Positions 23,209 through 35,852 of a stretch of 64,000 nt of DNA are shown here, one piece after another; position 1 is the first letter of the stretch, and every line of letters begins with the position of its first letter. The position numbers and the translations under genes are program-made. The notes under the pieces were generated by a model. The model was not told where the DNA came from. It searched no databases and worked only from the letters and a program-made list of their open reading frames with translations. Location of the stretch: NCBI GenBank assembly GCA_010093815.1, contig ML996567.1, one strand, 5' to 3'. The DNA is from Pseudovirgaria hyperparasitica. Lineage: Eukaryota.

Positions 23209-24812
23209 ATGACCCGTCCGGCACTAGACGGCATCGCCGCCGCGCAGGTCCCACACTCCTCCAAAGACACGAAAGTTGAATTCAATGTCGCTGAGATGAG
23301 CTTACAACCCAGTCCTCCAAGACCGACCGACTTTCAGCGCTCGTATTCCTTCTCCGGCCAGAAAGATCGACCAAAAAGTGAACGAAGACCCACCATGGTC
23401 GGTGATGTCGAGGAAAAGATGATACGACCAGGCCAGATCCGGATCAATTTAAAAGGCGCATACATTGTCGATGACGAAGGCTCAGGGACTCCAAGCGCAA
23501 GCAGCGAGGAAGGCAGCGCGATGGAAGTAGAGACCAAAGACATCAGATTGCCCAATCACTTAGGAGGTGTGAGCCATATCGCTGTCGATGTACGAACGCC
23601 CCCTGTACAACCCTCACGCATGATCTTGCGCATGCAGACAGGGCATATGGCTGACCTGGCTTGTAGATCGGCGGCTCACTTGCAAAGCTCGTATACTTCT
23701 CCCATGAACCCCATGAAGAACTTGGCGGACGCCTCTCCTTCCTCAAATTCGAAACCGATCGCATAGACGACTGCATAGACTATATGCGCACACTTCAAGA
23801 ACAACATCAAGCTGTGACTGGAAAGAAGGACGACCTCTGCGTTATGGCAACTGGTGGTGGTGCTTTCAAGTTCTATGACAAGATACGACAAGCTCTGGAC
23901 GTGGAAGTGCAGCGAGAAGATGAGATGGAATGCTTGATCATCGGACTGGACTTCTTCATCACCGAAATCCCGAATGAGGTCTTCACTCATAGCGACGATG
24001 ATCCCATGCAGTTTGTCGAGCCAAAGGCGGATATTTATCCCTACCTTCTTGTCAACATTGGTTCCGGTGTTTCAATGGTCAAGGTTTCTGGTCCACGGCA
24101 ATACGAGCGTGTAGGTGGCACATCTCTAGGAGGCGGGACACTATGGGGCCTACTGTCCTTGTTGACCGGCGCGCGCAACTTTGGCGAGATGTTGGCATTG
24201 GCTGAAAATGGCGACAACACTGCTGTCGATATGCTTGTTGGCGATATCTACGGCATGAACTACGGCAAAATTGGTCTGAAGAGCACGCACATTGCTAGCA
24301 GCTTTGGCAAAGTTTATAAAATGAAAAGAGAAGCGGAGAGAGAAGCAGAAGACAACGGGGGTCTCGCAAATGGTGACGAGGAGCATAACGATTTGTTAGA
24401 CGGGGTTTTGCACCGGAGAGAAAGTCGCTCGTTCAAACCAGAGGATGTTAGCAGAAGTCTGCTTTATGCAGTCAGGTATGTCTCATTGTCCCACTTATCC
24501 GTCCACTACCACTAGAAACTAATGGACTTCAGTAACAATATTGGTCAAATCGCCTACCTTCACGCAGAGAAGCACAACCTTGAGCGGATTTATTTCGGTG
24601 GCTCATTCATCGGCGGATATGCACAGACCATGAACACTCTTTCGTATGCAATCGATTTCTGGTCCAAAGGTACCAAACAAGCATACTTTTTGCGACATGA
24701 AGGCTATCTTGGCTCAGTTGGCGCGTTCTTGAAGAGGCAGCCGAAGAACTGGGGCCGTCGAAATAGTCTAGAACAAATGCGCCCATTATACAGGAGTCAT
24801 TCGAAAGATTGA
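23209..24812 (+). CDS. CAB1: Type II (eukaryotic) pantothenate kinase, 3 exons: 23209-23589, 23667-24475, 24533-24812 (489 aa)
   Basis: Spliced [75 protein letters not shown] and [13 protein letters not shown]. Confidence 0.95.
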
Positions 24813-26575
24813 GAAGTCTCTCGGTTATCTCAGAATACACGACAGAGAAGTAGCATCGGGCGGCGCGATTGGAGTTTATGGTGCCCAATGACTACACATA
24901 CAGTTATAGTAGCCATTCATTATTTGTAGCATATACTGGCTTAGATGATATCCCCTGGCAGTACTCTGGGGCCGTAGATATAGAAGCTCCTTTCTATGAC
25001 AAGCTTGCACAAAAAGTTGTCCAATATTAGATTAGGCTTGATTATGCCACCATCATTCCAAGCTATCTCATTGGGCGCGAATAAGCGACAATGCAACAAG
25101 CTTGGCGTTTGGACGTATGTAACATCCAGACGTTCACTTCAGACTCACCAGCTACACTCGACTTCGAGCACAACCATTACAATTATAACGGTATGTCTGC
25201 TCCGTCCTCTTGGAAACTTTGCTAGCATATATGGTTCTTGGCAAGCCTTTCGAGCCAATGATGGAAGACTTCTGATTCGACGTCAATACGAGTCTTTCTA
25301 AGGAGGCAGTGTTCAGACCGTCAGATACCTGGCCACATGGCCATTTTATTTGACCGTTCCTCGATAGTTTTGCATGTTTGTCGACCTTTGACGAAGTTCA
25401 TCGTGTTCTAGATCCTTAACTGACCTCCCAGAGCGGCATCTATGTATAGAAGCTAGAGCCGATGGATCACACACCATGCTGCCAAGTGACAGGCATCTAA
25501 CCATGTATTCCATCTTATCTGAGTCTGGCGTTCAAGTATTCTGCGATACGACCGAATAAGTCGAATATCAGTATATTGCTACGTTGCGGTGCTACGTCGT
25601 AGACGTCTCTGTCAAAGAGGACTTAGACCAAGAGGCTACTTGAATAGATGCACCACCTACCGTGATGATCCTCATGTTTGATGCCATAGAGCTATATTGC
25701 TTGATACTGTGGCGTGTGGATTGAGCTTACAAAGACACTTGAGACAGGCGCAACTTACATACCGCCGACCATATTCGGTAACCATTACTGGGCTTGCCTA
25801 CAAGGCAAATGGTCACAACCACCCTGGAGGCGATATACGAGAAACGCATCGGTCTAGCTGTTACAGACATTTGCAGCTTACTACGGGCATCCGTCAGAAC
25901 AGAAAGGTTAACTGTACTGTCTTCGGCTGGTATCGAGCCACATATTTCTTGTTTATCGTCTCAGCCTTGACCGTACGAATCCGGATCCAACACGATATTA
26001 TCTGACTGACCCACTACCGAGTACGCTTCTCTGAATATGTGTTTTTCCCAACTAATATGCACTACAGCTCCGGATATCCCCTGAACATACCACTTGGCAT
26101 CATCCCAACCCGTATTTCAATACCCACACCTTCTTCTCGGCAGATGCAGGGCTAGAACCATACCCTTTCCATGACTTCTAGTGTCAATGGTGCTTAATTT
26201 CAGCTATACCACCCCCTGTGGCATCGATTCAATATCTTGGCGCGAAGCCTGGCGGATGTTGGCTGCCTAGATCTGTCTCACATTATTCTTCGAAGTGTTC
26301 ATGTCCACATGTGCATGATAGACATTATGTAGCAGGCTTTAGGGAAGCCTTTAGCTAACCCTGCTACGGGCTCGTCTGATCGGGTTCTCCGTGTTGGGTC
26401 TGATCCCTATACGGCGCCACATATTTTGAGAGACTTCCATATCTTACTTATCGTATAAAGTCCCACGATGTTCACTTTTGTATCGTCCGTGTGCCAGAGT
26501 AATTGGTCCTTCACTTTTTGGCATAAACATTCATTCTATTCGAAGTCTTCTTCTTGTTCATACGTTTTTTGAATC

Positions 26576-27853
26576 ATGCATTTCTCCAAGGTCGTCCTCT
26601 TTTCGGCTTTTGTCACTTTCTTTCCATTCGTTTATGCCTGGCCGGCAATGGCAAGTTCCGCCAGCGATCTTACCAGACGCCTCATAGAACTAGAGAAGAG
26701 TAGGACCATGTTGACCCGCCCGAACATGCGTGTTCGGCACATGGTACGCAAACGAAACCCGCAAGCCGACGATGACGAAAACGGAGAAGAGGAAGAGGAA
26801 GAAGAAGAAGACCCAACTCACAACGAAGACGACGATCCTAACGATGACGACGGCACCCCCGTCCTTATTGGCGACCTCCTCCGGGACGGTGCGCGCACCG
26901 AAACCGGCAACGCCATTGCCGGAATTCTCCTGAAAACAACCTCCGGCCAGTCCACCGTCCCCCTCTACACCCCTCCCGGCGCCCTCGACTCTCCAGCCTG
27001 CCAGCAAGACACCTGCTGCGTCTGGTCATATATCTCCACCGCCATGACAACCGCCTTCACCGGCCCAACCGGCCGCTGCAACGCCCTTGCCCGCGCCGCC
27101 ATCCGACTCGGCTTCCACGACGCAGCAACCTGGTCTCAGACCGGAGCCCTCGCAGGCCAAGACTACGGCGGCGCAGACGGCAGCATCGTGCTCTCCGGCA
27201 CCGAACTCAGCCGACCCGAGAACAACGGCCTGCAACGCATCGGCGCCCAAATGGCCGCGTGGAAAGCCGAGTTTGGCGTCGGCATGGCCGACCTAATCCA
27301 ATTCGGCGCCATCCACGCCGCCGTGACATGTCCGCTCGGCCCACGCCTCCGGTTCTTCGTGGGCAGACAGGACAGCAGCACGCCTGCGGCAGACGGCCTG
27401 CTGCCCGACGTGCATGCGTCCGCCGACTCGCTGATCGAGCTATTCGCCAACAAAACGATTGTGCCGCACGACCTTGCCGCGCTGCTGGGCGCGCACACGA
27501 CGTCAACGCAGCTTCTCGTGGACGCCTCGCACGCGGGCCAGGGACAGGATAGCACGCCGGGGGTCTGGGACGTGCGGTATTATGGCGAGACGCTCGCGGC
27601 TCAGGCGCCGGATGGGGTGACGAGGTTTCATAGCGACGAGGTGTTGAGTGTGCATCCGAAGATGAGTAGCGAGTGGAGCAGTTTTACGTTTAGTGATGGG
27701 CAGGACCATTGGAATGAGGATTATGCGCAGAGCTATACGCGCATGAGCATGTTGGGAGTGAATGTTATGAATGGGATGGTGGAGTGCAGTGGGGTTGTAC
27801 CGGAGGCGCAGAGGGTGTTTGAGGGGAGTGAGCAGCCTGGTGTTTTGGAGTAG
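26576..27853 (+). CDS. Secreted class II heme peroxidase-like protein (AA2-related), intronless, 425 aa
   Basis: Signal peptide; distal motif AIRLGFHDA; Ca-binding GGADGS; RPENNGL; MADLIQF; proximal LLGAHT; DSTPGVWDV; conserved Cys (CC, C..C). Confidence 0.9.
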   Translation: MHFSKVVLFSAFVTFFPFVYAWPAMASSASDLTRRLIELEKSRTMLTRPNMRVRHMVRKRNPQADDDENGEEEEEEEEDPTHNEDDDPNDDDGTPVLIGDLLRDGARTETGNAIAGILLKTTSGQSTVPLYTPPGALDSPACQQDTCCVWSYISTAMTTAFTGPTGRCNALARAAIRLGFHDAATWSQTGALAGQDYGGADGSIVLSGTELSRPENNGLQRIGAQMAAWKAEFGVGMADLIQFGAIHAAVTCPLGPRLRFFVGRQDSSTPAADGLLPDVHASADSLIELFANKTIVPHDLAALLGAHTTSTQLLVDASHAGQGQDSTPGVWDVRYYGETLAAQAPDGVTRFHSDEVLSVHPKMSSEWSSFTFSDGQDHWNEDYAQSYTRMSMLGVNVMNGMVECSGVVPEAQRVFEGSEQPGVLE

Positions 27854-28629
27854 TTGTGTGGATAGGGGCTCGAGTGGACAGGGTTACGCGTGGCTTCCAA
27901 TGCATATATACTCGACTTCCTTTTAGAGAATCACATTGAGGAGATTTTCGACCATACCTCCGGATATGTGTAGAGCAACAAATATCCCACGTTGTCGAAT
28001 CTGGTCGCTCTGCTGCAGGGATAGTCATCCGTCCCCGGGGGGGGGGGTGTAAATGTGTCGATCAACGTCCAGTAGTATTAGCATTGTTTTATTCACCCAA
28101 GAACATACCCGGTTTCCATCAGACATGCCTATAAGCACCACCATATCCGGCTGTTGATTAGCTGCGATATATTGGTCCAATTTCAGCGCCGTGAAAGTCA
28201 CTGAATCACGCCGAGGCGAGTACTACCTTGTTTGTATCTTTTGTTCATCATTTTAAAATATTTGTGCTAGATGTTACCCTCACAACTCCTTTGGCTTTTG
28301 TGAGTTAGGTGGCTAGGAGCGCAATATGAGCTAATTTCCTTTCAGGAACCTTCGGAATACTATGCGAGAGTTGAGTTCATTCGAGAAACTAATGAGCATG
28401 GATGAACGTAATGTAGTGCCGAGTAGATATTCAGTCCCTCATTATGGAGATATCAGTCATATGCGTCGAACTCGTTCTGCCGCTGCATAACACTGGCTAG
28501 ATGCGCTGCCAATTTGTAAGAGGGACCTTCGCCTGATACGTACATTTTTTAATCCGCAATCGTCTAGTAATGCATTGGACTCTGGTCCAGAAGCTAAATA
28601 TACAGTAATGATGATGTTTTGATACGCCG

Positions 28630-30226
28630 CTAGTCCGAGTACGCAGCCTCCGCTAAATAGATGACCCCGAAGACAAGGAATGCAATTGCGCCGCCAAGTG
28701 TCACTATGATAGATATTAGCTTCTACGCACTTGATTAACAGATGTATAGTATTGAACAACTTACCAACTCGCATGCTGACCCGTCCGGCAATCGCCCGGC
28801 CCCCTATTACTGCAACACCAGTACACACCGCGTGTCCACTGATCGCACCCCCTGTGACCCACCAATAGTCCTGCCCAGCAGCCATTGCGATCGTTGCAAT
28901 CTGGCTGCGGTCGCCCCACTCGCCTAGAAATGTCATAATAAATGTCTGTACCCACGCCGGGCTCAGAAGCAGTGAAAACAGATTATTCACGCCGTTCAAC
29001 ATCCCAGCCAAGTTCCTCCGACCAGGCGATGGTGAACGGGACGGGCTCGTCGACGGACTTCGTGCAGGCGCCGGCAAGCGCGAATTCGACTTCGATTTTC
29101 TCCCTCGTCCTGCCTCTAGCGCATACGGCGACAAGTCACTCGCACGACGGGAGTTTCTGCGGGCAAGCGATTCCTTCTCTTCGAGCTCGGCTTCAACCTC
29201 GCGCATTTCCTCGCCTACACCCTCATCTGGGGACATTTTGTAACCTTCCATCAGCATCTTCGCGCCAAAGACGAGGAACAGAATAGCGGCGGCGAAGTTC
29301 GTAAAGCGCTTGGGGAGAAGGGTGGGCACAGCGTGGCCCAGGACTGCGGAGAGCACAGTCATGGCGATGAGTGCAGAGAAGGCGGCAGAGAAAACGACCA
29401 TTCGGTCATGGCGCATGGCCATGAGGGCGGCGACGAGGAAGGTTTTGTCGCCGACTTCAGAAAAGAGGATCATGGTTAGGGAGAGGATGAAAGAGTGGAA
29501 GGGCTGGATAACGCCGGAGTCGTCATCTTCGGCGTTTTTGACGGGGTATTTTGGGTAGGAGATAGGTGTGTCTGATGTAGAGTCTGTTGGGAGTTTGGGA
29601 GGGCTGGGCATTGGAATGTCGTGAGGTTTCCCGGGGAGGTCGTCTGGCTTCTCGAGACCAGCGGCACCAAGGGGCTTCTCTTTGGGAATCTTATCCGCAT
29701 CCTCAGAACCCTTGTTGCCCTGGGACTCGTCTTGTGATGTCTCTTTGCCGCTGTGAGAGGCTTCCTTCGGCTTCTCGGGAATCTTGTCTGTCTTCTCGCC
29801 CGACTCCTCCTTGGCCTTGCGATCTCGTTCTTTTTCTGTCACGCCGCCTTCGGTTCCCGTCGTGCCAGGCTTCGGAGTTGGCCGGTTGCGATCATTCATC
29901 ACCCCATCCTCCTCCACCAAACCCTTTGGCCTCGACGCATTTGGCTTCTCGGCTTTCAAGTCCTCCACCTCTTGCGACAGCTTCGTTTCTACGAATGGTC
30001 CTTTGTGTGGCTTCCCGTCCAGACCATCCACAGGCGCGTCTTTTGTCCCTACCTCATCCTTCGATTTGACTTTGCCGACCGTGGTGGGCATGGCGAGAGG
30101 GGCCTCAGGTGCCTGTGCGTCAGGGTCCCGTGCCAATGCATTACTGCTCTCGTCGCCTGCGGCGCTGTGTACGAGGATTGGGAAAATAAGGAAGATAAGA
30201 GTTGATGAGTACTTTTGCAACCGCAT
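28630..30226 (-). CDS. GDT1: GDT1/TMEM165 (UPF0016) Ca2+/Mn2+ transporter, 2 exons: 30226-28765, 28703-28630 (511 aa)
   Basis: Two E-x-G-D-[KR] motifs (SEVGDKTF, GEWGDRSQ) and a signal peptide. Intron 28704-28764 restores the final helix VTLGGAIAFLVFGVIYL. Confidence 0.93.
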
Positions 30227-30914
30227 TGTGCAAATAAGCTTGTGTAGCTACGCGCGTATTCTGTGTCGCCACCAGGAAGAGTGTGTCTCGTGAGGCAATC
30301 GGAATGTTTTTAGCTCTCCTGCATGAAGAACGATGCTGATAACTATAGTGAGTGAGTGTGGTGAGAAGTGAAGAAGAGTGAGCTCGGGAGCACGAATGGG
30401 CGACTGTGATGAAGCGTGATCTAGTAGCAGAGGAACTTTTAGGAAAAGATGCCGGAGCTGGCCTTTGCTGAATGATTGAGATGGGGCGTGCGCTAGGTAC
30501 TGCAGAGTCGGATTTAAGTACCTATATAGGGGCTGAAGTAGATTTGTCTCGGCGCAGGAAGAAACAGAAGGTCTCTGTAGTGTATCAGTATTGACGATGC
30601 GAAATTCACGAGAAAGTGTCGCACAAATAACAAGCATGTCAAGTTCTGTTCCTAGAGAAGAGGCGATGATCCGGAACTTGCCGCTATACGAGTCCAATTC
30701 TCCTGCTGCCTGAGGCGCGCACCACATCCATGGATGTGTTAGCGTGTTGCGGCATGTCGCATGAAATGCGCCCTTTGTGAGGGGAGGCACGACAACAAAA
30801 AAGGGCATATCTGCTTTGTGCACCTTTTCAATTATCTACTTGTCAGTCTTCCCCTATTAAATTCATCTCGGACCACCGTCATTCCCAACCACTTCGCCAT
30901 TCGAATCAGAAGAC

Positions 30915-33521
30915 ATGGCCGATCGGAGGAATTCTAGGGCCTCAAGTCGCAGTCGCGTCACTACTCAACCTACGCAGGCCTCTTCCACTGCACAAAGCCC
31001 AACTTCACGGGGCTCGCGGCGATCTGCTCGTATAACAGCCAGTCAAGAGCGTGAGTCCCAAAGGACCTTATACTCAAAACCACGAAATACACGAGCAACG
31101 AGCGTAGATAGCAATGGGAGTCGCATCAGTGCTCTGTCACGCGGCGCAAGGAAAGGTGCACAGAAGGCAAAGGTTGAAGAACTCGCAACAGTCTTGGAAG
31201 ACGCACCTAGCCATGGTGAAGAGGAGGAACAATATATCGCCGATCACGAAGCTGCAGAGCTCTCAGATGAGCACGCTGTGCCTTTAAGAACATCTGGTGA
31301 TACGGCTCTGGATACGTCTCTTGGAGTGCTATCACAAATATCAGGAACAACAGCTTATTCTCACGTCGAAGCTCAGGAGCTGGACTCTGAACAAATGCTG
31401 GACGAGCTGGACGGACTGTACTCAAATAGTAAACGCTTCTTGAAGAGATTCGCTCCAGCTGATGCAGACGCGGATGTGATCAGGGACTTGCACAGTGATC
31501 TCCTAGCAAAGGACAATAACATAAGGCGCACCTTCGACCGGATATGGCAAGCGCTTGAGCCTTCCTTGACTGTTTATCTCGGCTCGCAAAAGAAGTATAT
31601 AAGCACAACCAGCGTTCTGAGGAGTTTATTTAGTATAGACGCACCAGGAGACTTCTCAAGAAAGATTGCTGGTATTCAAAATCGTCCGGATCCAGTTCTC
31701 TTCTTGGCAAATTTGGCCATGTTCATACGAACTATTCTTCCGTCTACAAGCGAAGAACCCGTGTCATGGGAACGCCTCTTACATATGGACACTGATTTCC
31801 CGAAATTGTTCCTCTCTGGTTTTGCTAAGCCAAATGTTGGTCGAACATCTGGATATAGTAATAACCTGCGTCCTACTTTCTCTCTTGCTTTGGAAATCCG
31901 CACTCAAATGGCAATACAGCATTTGAAGAGGCTACAAGATGAAGGGCAGGATGTAGAGGCTCTCGTGAGCTCGCTTGATGACATATTCTATGCACGGCGA
32001 CCTGACGGGTCCATCGACGTGAAGGGCTGGGACGTCGATGGATTGGGTTCTCAAACAGAAATTCAGCCCCAGTTTCGCGATAAAATCGAGGCTCGCCACG
32101 AAAGACTGAAGAAGCTGCTTTACGACGCCACAAACGCCTCTGGTGAAGTCGAATTTGATCAATTGGGGAATGTATTTACGTGGTTGGACTTTCTTGGGAT
32201 CGTAGTTGCATGGGTTCAAGATCGAGCATCAGAGATTGAATCTGTCATGAGTCTGTACTCAGATGTTTCATCTATGGAGGCAAAACTCCGTGAGGAAATC
32301 AAAGAGTTTGCGGCACAAGCGAAGGCCCGGAGGAAATCAAGGAGATCACACGGAGCGCACTCGTAAGTAAAGCACTGCACGCATAACCTTTCCTCAACTT
32401 AATGAGCTCGTAGTGTCCACATTGGGGGCATAGAAGCTCTGAAGAACTTCACCGCGGAAGATTTTGCAGATCTGAAGGATCCCAATGAGCAAGATCTAGT
32501 GGATAAGACTGCCCCAATCGTAGAAATCGAACACATTGATCATCTGGACGACGCTGTTCCCGACTTTTCTAACACGATAGACGTGTCAGAAGAAGACGAC
32601 ATTGACGAATTGCCTTCAGTCGAACAAATTACCAGACGTTCAGCTGCCACAGCATCTATCAATGCAACGCAGAGCACGCGAAGGAGGCTACTTGAAATAG
32701 AGAAACTCAAGAAAGGGAAAGAAAATTTGGCCAGCTCCGCTACACAGCATAACAGAGCGTCGGCAAGGGGTCGCCTAATAGATGTACAATCAGGAGCTGA
32801 ACCGGTCGAATGGGGAGCCGATGGTTTTGAACCAACTCAATCTTCGGAGGCCGGCCCCTCCTATACGCAGGCAACTCAGACTTCAAGAAAGAGGCAACGA
32901 GACGAAGATGATGAGGATCCTACCGAGGACGAAGGCTTTCAGAATGATAATCGAGTCGTTGATACAGAGAGACGCCGACAACTTCATAGCCGAAAGAGGT
33001 ATGCTGTGCAAGACTTTTCATCCGAGAGACCTCAGCCAAGTTCAAGTAAGATAAGGGAGACAGGCCGCAATACACCAGCGTCACCACAAACATGGCCTGC
33101 ACAGAGGGCTTCTCAGCTACCTATCGCCTCTCAAGACCTAGCGAAGAGACAAGCGCGAGAGAATGTGGCAGCCAAAAAGAAGACGCAAACACGAGGGAAG
33201 AACCCCTGGACGGCCGAGGAGGAACAAAGACTTGTAGAGAGTATTGGTCTTTACGGCTGTAATTGGGCTGTCATTCGCGATCTTTTAGATGACCAAACAG
33301 GGGCCAGGATATTTAAAGGCCGCGACAATATCAGCATCAAAGACAAGGCGCGAAATTTGAAGATGATGTTCATCAAGTAAGTGCTCCCGACATTTCGTGT
33401 TGATCTAAGCTAATCTCGCTCTAGATCATACCGCATGATGCCTGAGAACTTTGATCAGATCTCCCTCGGCACCAGACTAGAGGGAATACTCATCGATCAA
33501 GGATTTAACCCTCATCCATAG
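30915..33521 (+). CDS. TRF/Taz1/Tbf1-like telomere repeat-binding Myb protein, 3 exons: 30915-32362, 32414-33376, 33425-33521 (835 aa)
   Basis: C-terminal single Myb repeat KNPWTAEEEQRL...GCNWAVIR...RDNISIKDKARNLK (telobox-like). The central helical region LANLAMF...LALEIRTQMAI resembles the fungal TRF dimerisation domain. Both introns are GT-AG. Confidence 0.75.
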
Positions 33522-34052
33522 CACCTTAACTAGGTGCAACTCAATACATCTTTATCGGCGCAACCATCCACAAAGCAAGGCAAGACGATGCAGAACATAG
33601 TGCAAGACATACTCGCTTCGTCATATCCAATATTATGATTCCTAAAAAGTTACCTCTTTAGTTCATCCAGACCTATTTGCCAAACGTCCAATCTGTTCAA
33701 TGATTGCCTTCAATTGTGTTCGCTCCGGGCTGTGATTCGTTCGTAGGCGGGCCCAGATGCGCGGAGCTCGCCGAGCACCGTTGCGTGCATGCCCCGCGTC
33801 ACCAATCAGGGCTTTTCCCAAGGGTAAGCATGGCTGCTGGAATGTTTCTTATATCTATGCAAATGCACTCTTTCGGGTAGATTTTTGAACTCGGTGATGC
33901 GCGTCTGTTTTATTGCGTCTGTTGATCGAAACATAGTCTTTGTCGAACGCTGTTATCTTGGCTAGGCTGAAGCGACTTGTTATCTAGGAAGGTTTCGTTC
34001 AAGAAGCTAGGAACAGCGTCAGCCCCGGGGATTCGGTCTCTCCTGATCTGTT

Positions 34053-35510
34053 ATGGCTACCACCAGTTGTACAGTCTATATTGGATCTTTTGTCCATTGT
34101 AGGAGCGTGACCGAGCTTGAGATTGAGAATGATGGTGCCATAGGGGTAGACAAGTCTGGTGTTATCAGATTTGTGCTGAGAGGCGCCGGGGGCAATGCTG
34201 AGAATATCAAGAAGACCTTGGAGTTCAAAGAGGCTTTTGAACATGGTCATGTTGAATTCGTCATCGTGAAGAAGGGTGGATGGTTCTTCCCAGGGTTCAT
34301 CGGTCCGTTTGTCCGGAGCTTGTTGAGAGCATGGAATTGATGAAGCACAGATACACACATTCACGCTTCGCAATATCCAAACACTGGACTTTTCGGCAAG
34401 ACAACACTCTTGGATTGGTTGAATACGTATACCTTCCCTCTTGAGTCATCATTCTCGGATCTGGACAAGGCACGCAAGATCTATAGCCGGGCGGTCGCAA
34501 GGACGCTTGCGCATGGCACTACTACAGCGTCGTACTACACGACCTTCCACGTTCCTGCTACAAATCTCCTTGCCGACATATGTCTTGCGAAAGGTCAGCG
34601 TGCCTTCGTTGGCAGAGTGTGCATGGATCAACTCAGCCCTGAGTACTATCGCGATGAGAGCATTGAGATCGGCACCGAGAACTCACGGAAGTGTATCGAC
34701 TATGTCAGGAGCATAGATCCCGCAGGCGAGATTGTACAGCCGATTATCACACCTCGGTTTGCTCCTTCATGTTCAAAAGGCTGTCTGGCCGCGCTCGGAA
34801 AGCTGCAGAAGGAGACAGATGCATATTGCCAAACACACATTTCAGAAAACAAGCCCGAGATTGAACTTGTGCAACAACTATTCCCGGAGTCTGGATCCTA
34901 TGCCAATGTCTATGAGGAAGCCGGCCTGTTGAACGAAAAGATGATCTTGGCGCATGCAGTTCATCTCACGCCAATGGAAAAAGAGCTTATTGTGCGCCGT
35001 AAAGCAAAGGTCAGCCATTGTCCCGCTAGCAACACAGCTCTCACATCAGGCTGCTGCCCAGTCCGCGATCTGATCGAGCGAGGTATTGATGTTGGCCTCG
35101 GAACGGATGTCAGTGGTGGATTCAGCCCGAGCATTCTGGAAATGGTCCGCCAAACTGTCTGGGTGTCGAGGCATCTCGCCATGACGGATGGTGATCAAGC
35201 TAAACTCACACACGAGGAAGCACTGTACCTCGCCACACGTGGCGGCGCCAAAGTGGTCGGAATGCAAGACAAAGTTGGAGGTTTCGAAGTCGGAAAACAT
35301 TTTGATGCACAAATGATCTGGCTAGGGGATGCTGAGGACATTGAAGGATGTGACGAGTTCGCTGCCAGAGAAGGGCCTGTTGATATCTTTGGATGGGAGA
35401 ATGAGGAGGATCGAATTGCTAAGTGGGTGTACAATGGAGACGATAGGAATACTCTTGCTGTCTGGGTAAAGGGACGCTTAGTGCATAGAAGGAAAGAGTA
35501 CGATTGTTAG
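34053..35510 (+). CDS. GUD1: Guanine deaminase, 2 exons: 34053-34302, 34351-35510 (469 aa)
   Basis: Spliced PGFIDTHIHASQY (metal-binding HxH), LLDWLNTYTFPLE, IITPRFAPSC, QTHISEN, LAHAVHL, HCPASN, GLGTDVSGG and GDDRN. Confidence 0.95.
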
Positions 35511-35852
35511 ATGCGCCTCCTTAAATAGATTCTATATAACATAGACTGTACCTACTTCATTTCGACACCATAATAGACGTTTTGAAACACAATTTTAACC
35601 TTAGATGTACGATCTGCTTCATCATTAATGCTTTGAGATTGAAGTTTGAGAGACAAGATGGCAGCTCCGGAAGATATTGAAAACATGTTGGCAGACTTGA
35701 TGCCTGATTCGCCAGGCGCCATCTTGGGTGCCATGTTGAATCCTAGCCACACCTTGCCGCGTTCTTCATCGCCAATACGCGCGACGATTCCCGCAAGCTC
35801 AAGCTTCTTCAATACAGTTCCATTGCTACGCTTCGATCGCGCCGAGGGCAAA

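Noticed and set aside
24996..26005. Two approximately 100-aa ORFs downstream of pantothenate kinase
   Set aside because: No recognisable domain, codon bias or splice structure.
28457..28764. ORF-track C-terminal extension of GDT1 to 28457
   Set aside because: This reads through an intron; splicing 28704-28764 gives the expected final helix and a stop at 28630.
1136..35510. Purine/one-carbon theme (phosphoribosyltransferase, glycine decarboxylase, guanine deaminase) as a metabolic cluster
   Set aside because: The genes are 10-19 kb apart and separated by unrelated genes; chance co-location is sufficient.
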